Positions 61,548 to 64,000 of a DNA stretch of 64,000 nt are shown here, piece after piece. This stretch comes from Mobula hypostoma (taxonomy: Eukaryota), in assembly GCF_963921235.1 (NCBI RefSeq), contig NC_086100.1:203672001-203736000 (forward strand), read 5' to 3'. The position numbers were made by a program, and so were the translations under genes. The notes beneath the pieces are model-generated. The model was not told the DNA's origin. It worked only from the letters and a program-made list of their open reading frames with translations, and made no database searches. The number at the start of each line of letters is the position of its first letter. Positions within the stretch are counted from its first letter, which is position 1.

Positions 61548-63060
61548 ATAATAATAATAATAATACTTTATTGATCCCGAGTGGGAGATTCATTCGTTTC
61601 AGCAGCAAAATCTAAAAACACATTTAGCAGCGTGCAAACTGCGATAAAGATAAAATAGAGAATAATAATAGACAATAATAATGTATGAGTGTGTGATAAT
61701 AATGAATGAAACAATAATGCAGAGACTATTGAACTAAGATGTGTGTTCTCCTGTCACAGAAAGATGAACTGTTGCACTTGGTAAGAAAGATGTTGTTATG
61801 ATCCTGGTGGCAGCGGAACTGAGTGAGTCTGCTTGAAAGGGGTGGGGGCTCTACTGCTTATTCAGTAGGTCATTAAGAGGATGTGACAGATTGTCCATAA
61901 TCGATAATAGTTTGCTTAGTGACCTCTTCTCCACCACTAACTCGGAAGAGTTAGGACTGATGCAGCCTTTTTGATGAGTTTATTTAGTCTTGCTGCTCCC
62001 CCAAAAGAAAACAACAAAGAAGACAGCACTCGGTACAACAGACTGGTAAAAGATCTGTACCAACCTTCCTCCTTAGAAAATAGAGTCTGCTCATCCCCTT
62101 CTTGTAAACAGCCTTGGTGGTGCTTTTCCAGTCATGTCTATTGTCAAGCTAAACCCCCAAGTATTTGTACTCCTCCACCACAGTAACCTCTTCTCCCAGA
62201 ATGTATACAGAACTCATCACAGTCTTCTTCCTCCTAAAATCAATCACCCTTTCCCTGGTTTTGTACATATTCAGGAGCAGGTGATTCCTCCCTCACTATT
62301 TCACAATCCTGTCCACTAGTCCTCTGTGCTCCGACTCCTGCCCATCTCTGATGCACCCAGCTACCGCAGAGTCATCAGAGAACTTCTGCAAGTGACAAGA
62401 CTCAGAGTTACATTGAAAGTCTGAGGTGTTCAGTGTGAACAGAAACGGAGACAGGACAGTCCCTTGTGGGGCTCCAGTGTCACCCACCTCCACCTCAGAC
62501 AGAGAACCACCCAGCGGTACAAACTGGGGTCTATCTGCCAGGAAGGCAGTGATCCTGAAGTTAGTGAATTTGTCTACGCCCATTCTTTGCAGTTTCTTGC
62601 CCATGAAGACGTGGCTGGATTCTATTGAAGGCACTAGCGAAATAAAAGAAAACTGCTTCTCACAAATCCACGAGTATCATCCCGGTGGGAGTGAGCTCGC
62701 TGCAACAGGTAGGTAATGATATCATCTACACCCTCATGACGTTGGTAGGCACACTGTAAAGGGTCCAAGGTAAGTCAGGACCAGCCGCTCCATCACTTTC
62801 ATCACATGAGATGTGAGGGCAATTGGTCTGTCGTCACTAAGTTCAGATTGAGTCGTCGTATTGCGTAAAGGAACCAAGCAGGAAGTCTACCACAGCACCA
62901 GTATCTATTCCTGACTCAGTCTGAGATTGTAAAAGTGCTGCGGAATACCAGAGAGCAGATTCACACAGGCCTTCGGTGCTGGGGCTGATACAGACTGGGT
63001 CAGTAGATGTAGTCTCTCTGGCTGTCTCCTACCCTGACCTACAGTCACTGCCAGACGGAA
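61548..63060 (-). mobile_element. Rex1/Babar-type LINE relic with (ATT)n tail
   Basis: TGAPQGTVLSPFLFTL.TSDF...CHLQKFSDDSAV.GCI (62296-62634); (AAT)n at 61548-61565. Confidence 0.85.
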
Positions 63061-63469
63061 TACTTCAAGTCTACCGTGTGTGTGGATGTCGTGCCTGGAT
63101 GCTTGAATTGTGCCCAGTGAGAAGATGAGGTATTCCTCCTCTGAACAGTGTTGAGTCTTGCTCTTACACTTTGCTACCAGAGGTTGCCATGAAAACTAGA
63201 ACTATTTCAGTTGTCTTTTATTCATTGAAAATCTTTGCAGAATTTTCACAGCGCGGAAAAGGCAAAGGGTTTGTGTGTGGAACTGTCAAACAGAACAGCA
63301 TGTCAGTTCTGCTGTGTCTGTCACTTCACCAGCGCTTGAATGCCTCCAGTCCTTGAAAGTGGAGGAGGAGATGCTGGAGAAGACAGCACACCAGTTCTGG
63401 CAAGGAGAACACGAATATGTGTACACGTCCGTGATCTGACCTGATGAACAGCCAGTCAGTTGGTAGCGG

Positions 63470-63845
63470 CGGGATGTCATTTGCGGTCCCTCATTTTGGA
63501 AGGGATTCACAAGACCATTGTGCCTGCAGATACACCAGGACGTTCACACTGGGGAGAGGCCGTTCATCTGCTCCGGGTGTGGTAAAGCAGCCCGTTCACC
63601 AGTTCCAAATGTGGGAAGGGTTCAATCTGTTACCCAAGCTCCTGAAAGGCCAGCCATTTCACGCGGGGGGGAGCAGCTGTACCCCTGTTCGGAGCGTGGG
63701 AAGAGATTCATTCAGTTAACCCGCCTTGAGAGGTTCCAGCGAGTTCACAACAAATAGAGGCCACATTTCTGTCCTGAATGAGCACAGAGATTTACTCAGT
63801 CATCCCGCCTGTTGAAACTCCAGGAACTTCACACCAGGGAGGAAA
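63470..63845 (+). pseudogene. Degenerate C2H2 zinc-finger array
   Basis: HQDVHTGERPFICSGCGK; YPCSERGKRFIQ...QRVH; lost Cys/His residues, stops and frameshifts. Confidence 0.85.
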
Positions 63846-64000
63846 TTTATGTCAGTTCCATGTTAAATGTTTAAACATGTTGGTGACTAAATCCAGTTGC
63901 TAGTTGATGAAGGAGTGTCAACGTCAGATTCTGCAGATATTGCAGCAGCTCATCACACCCAGGACTGAACCCTGGTCACTCAACATTGCAGAGGTTTGTT

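Overview
Repeat-dense eukaryotic (vertebrate) genomic DNA, most likely from a cartilaginous fish (ray/shark). This is inferred from the CR1 families with (TAGAACA)n/(TAGAAACA)n tails, the Penelope-like elements and a GPR139-like receptor relic. Most of the window is nested, mostly decayed transposons (CR1, Penelope/GIY-YIG, L2, RTE, Rex1/Babar, L1, a HERO-type restriction-like-endonuclease LINE, Gypsy relics, two solo LTRs, piggyBac/Tc1/hAT non-autonomous elements) plus long polypyrimidine/polypurine tracts. Host-gene content: (i) exons 1-3 and the promoter of an apparently intact alpha-2-macroglobulin-family gene on the minus strand (13183 down to 6212, rest probably beyond base 1), reconstructed with matching splice phases; (ii) a two-exon GPR139-like GPCR pseudogene (+, 48549-~55810); (iii) a C2H2 zinc-finger relic near the end. 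Best leads: a structured HERO 3' end carrying hammerhead-like core words in non-canonical order, a candidate HDV-like ribozyme at the 5' end of an RTE-like insert, minimal Penelope hammerheads, an unidentified decayed coding segment at ~36.2-36.9 kb, and a perfect p53 consensus site at 61413-61432. No prokaryotic systems, CRISPR arrays, rRNA or tRNA genes were seen. Transposon boundaries are approximate unless TIR/TSD coordinates are given.
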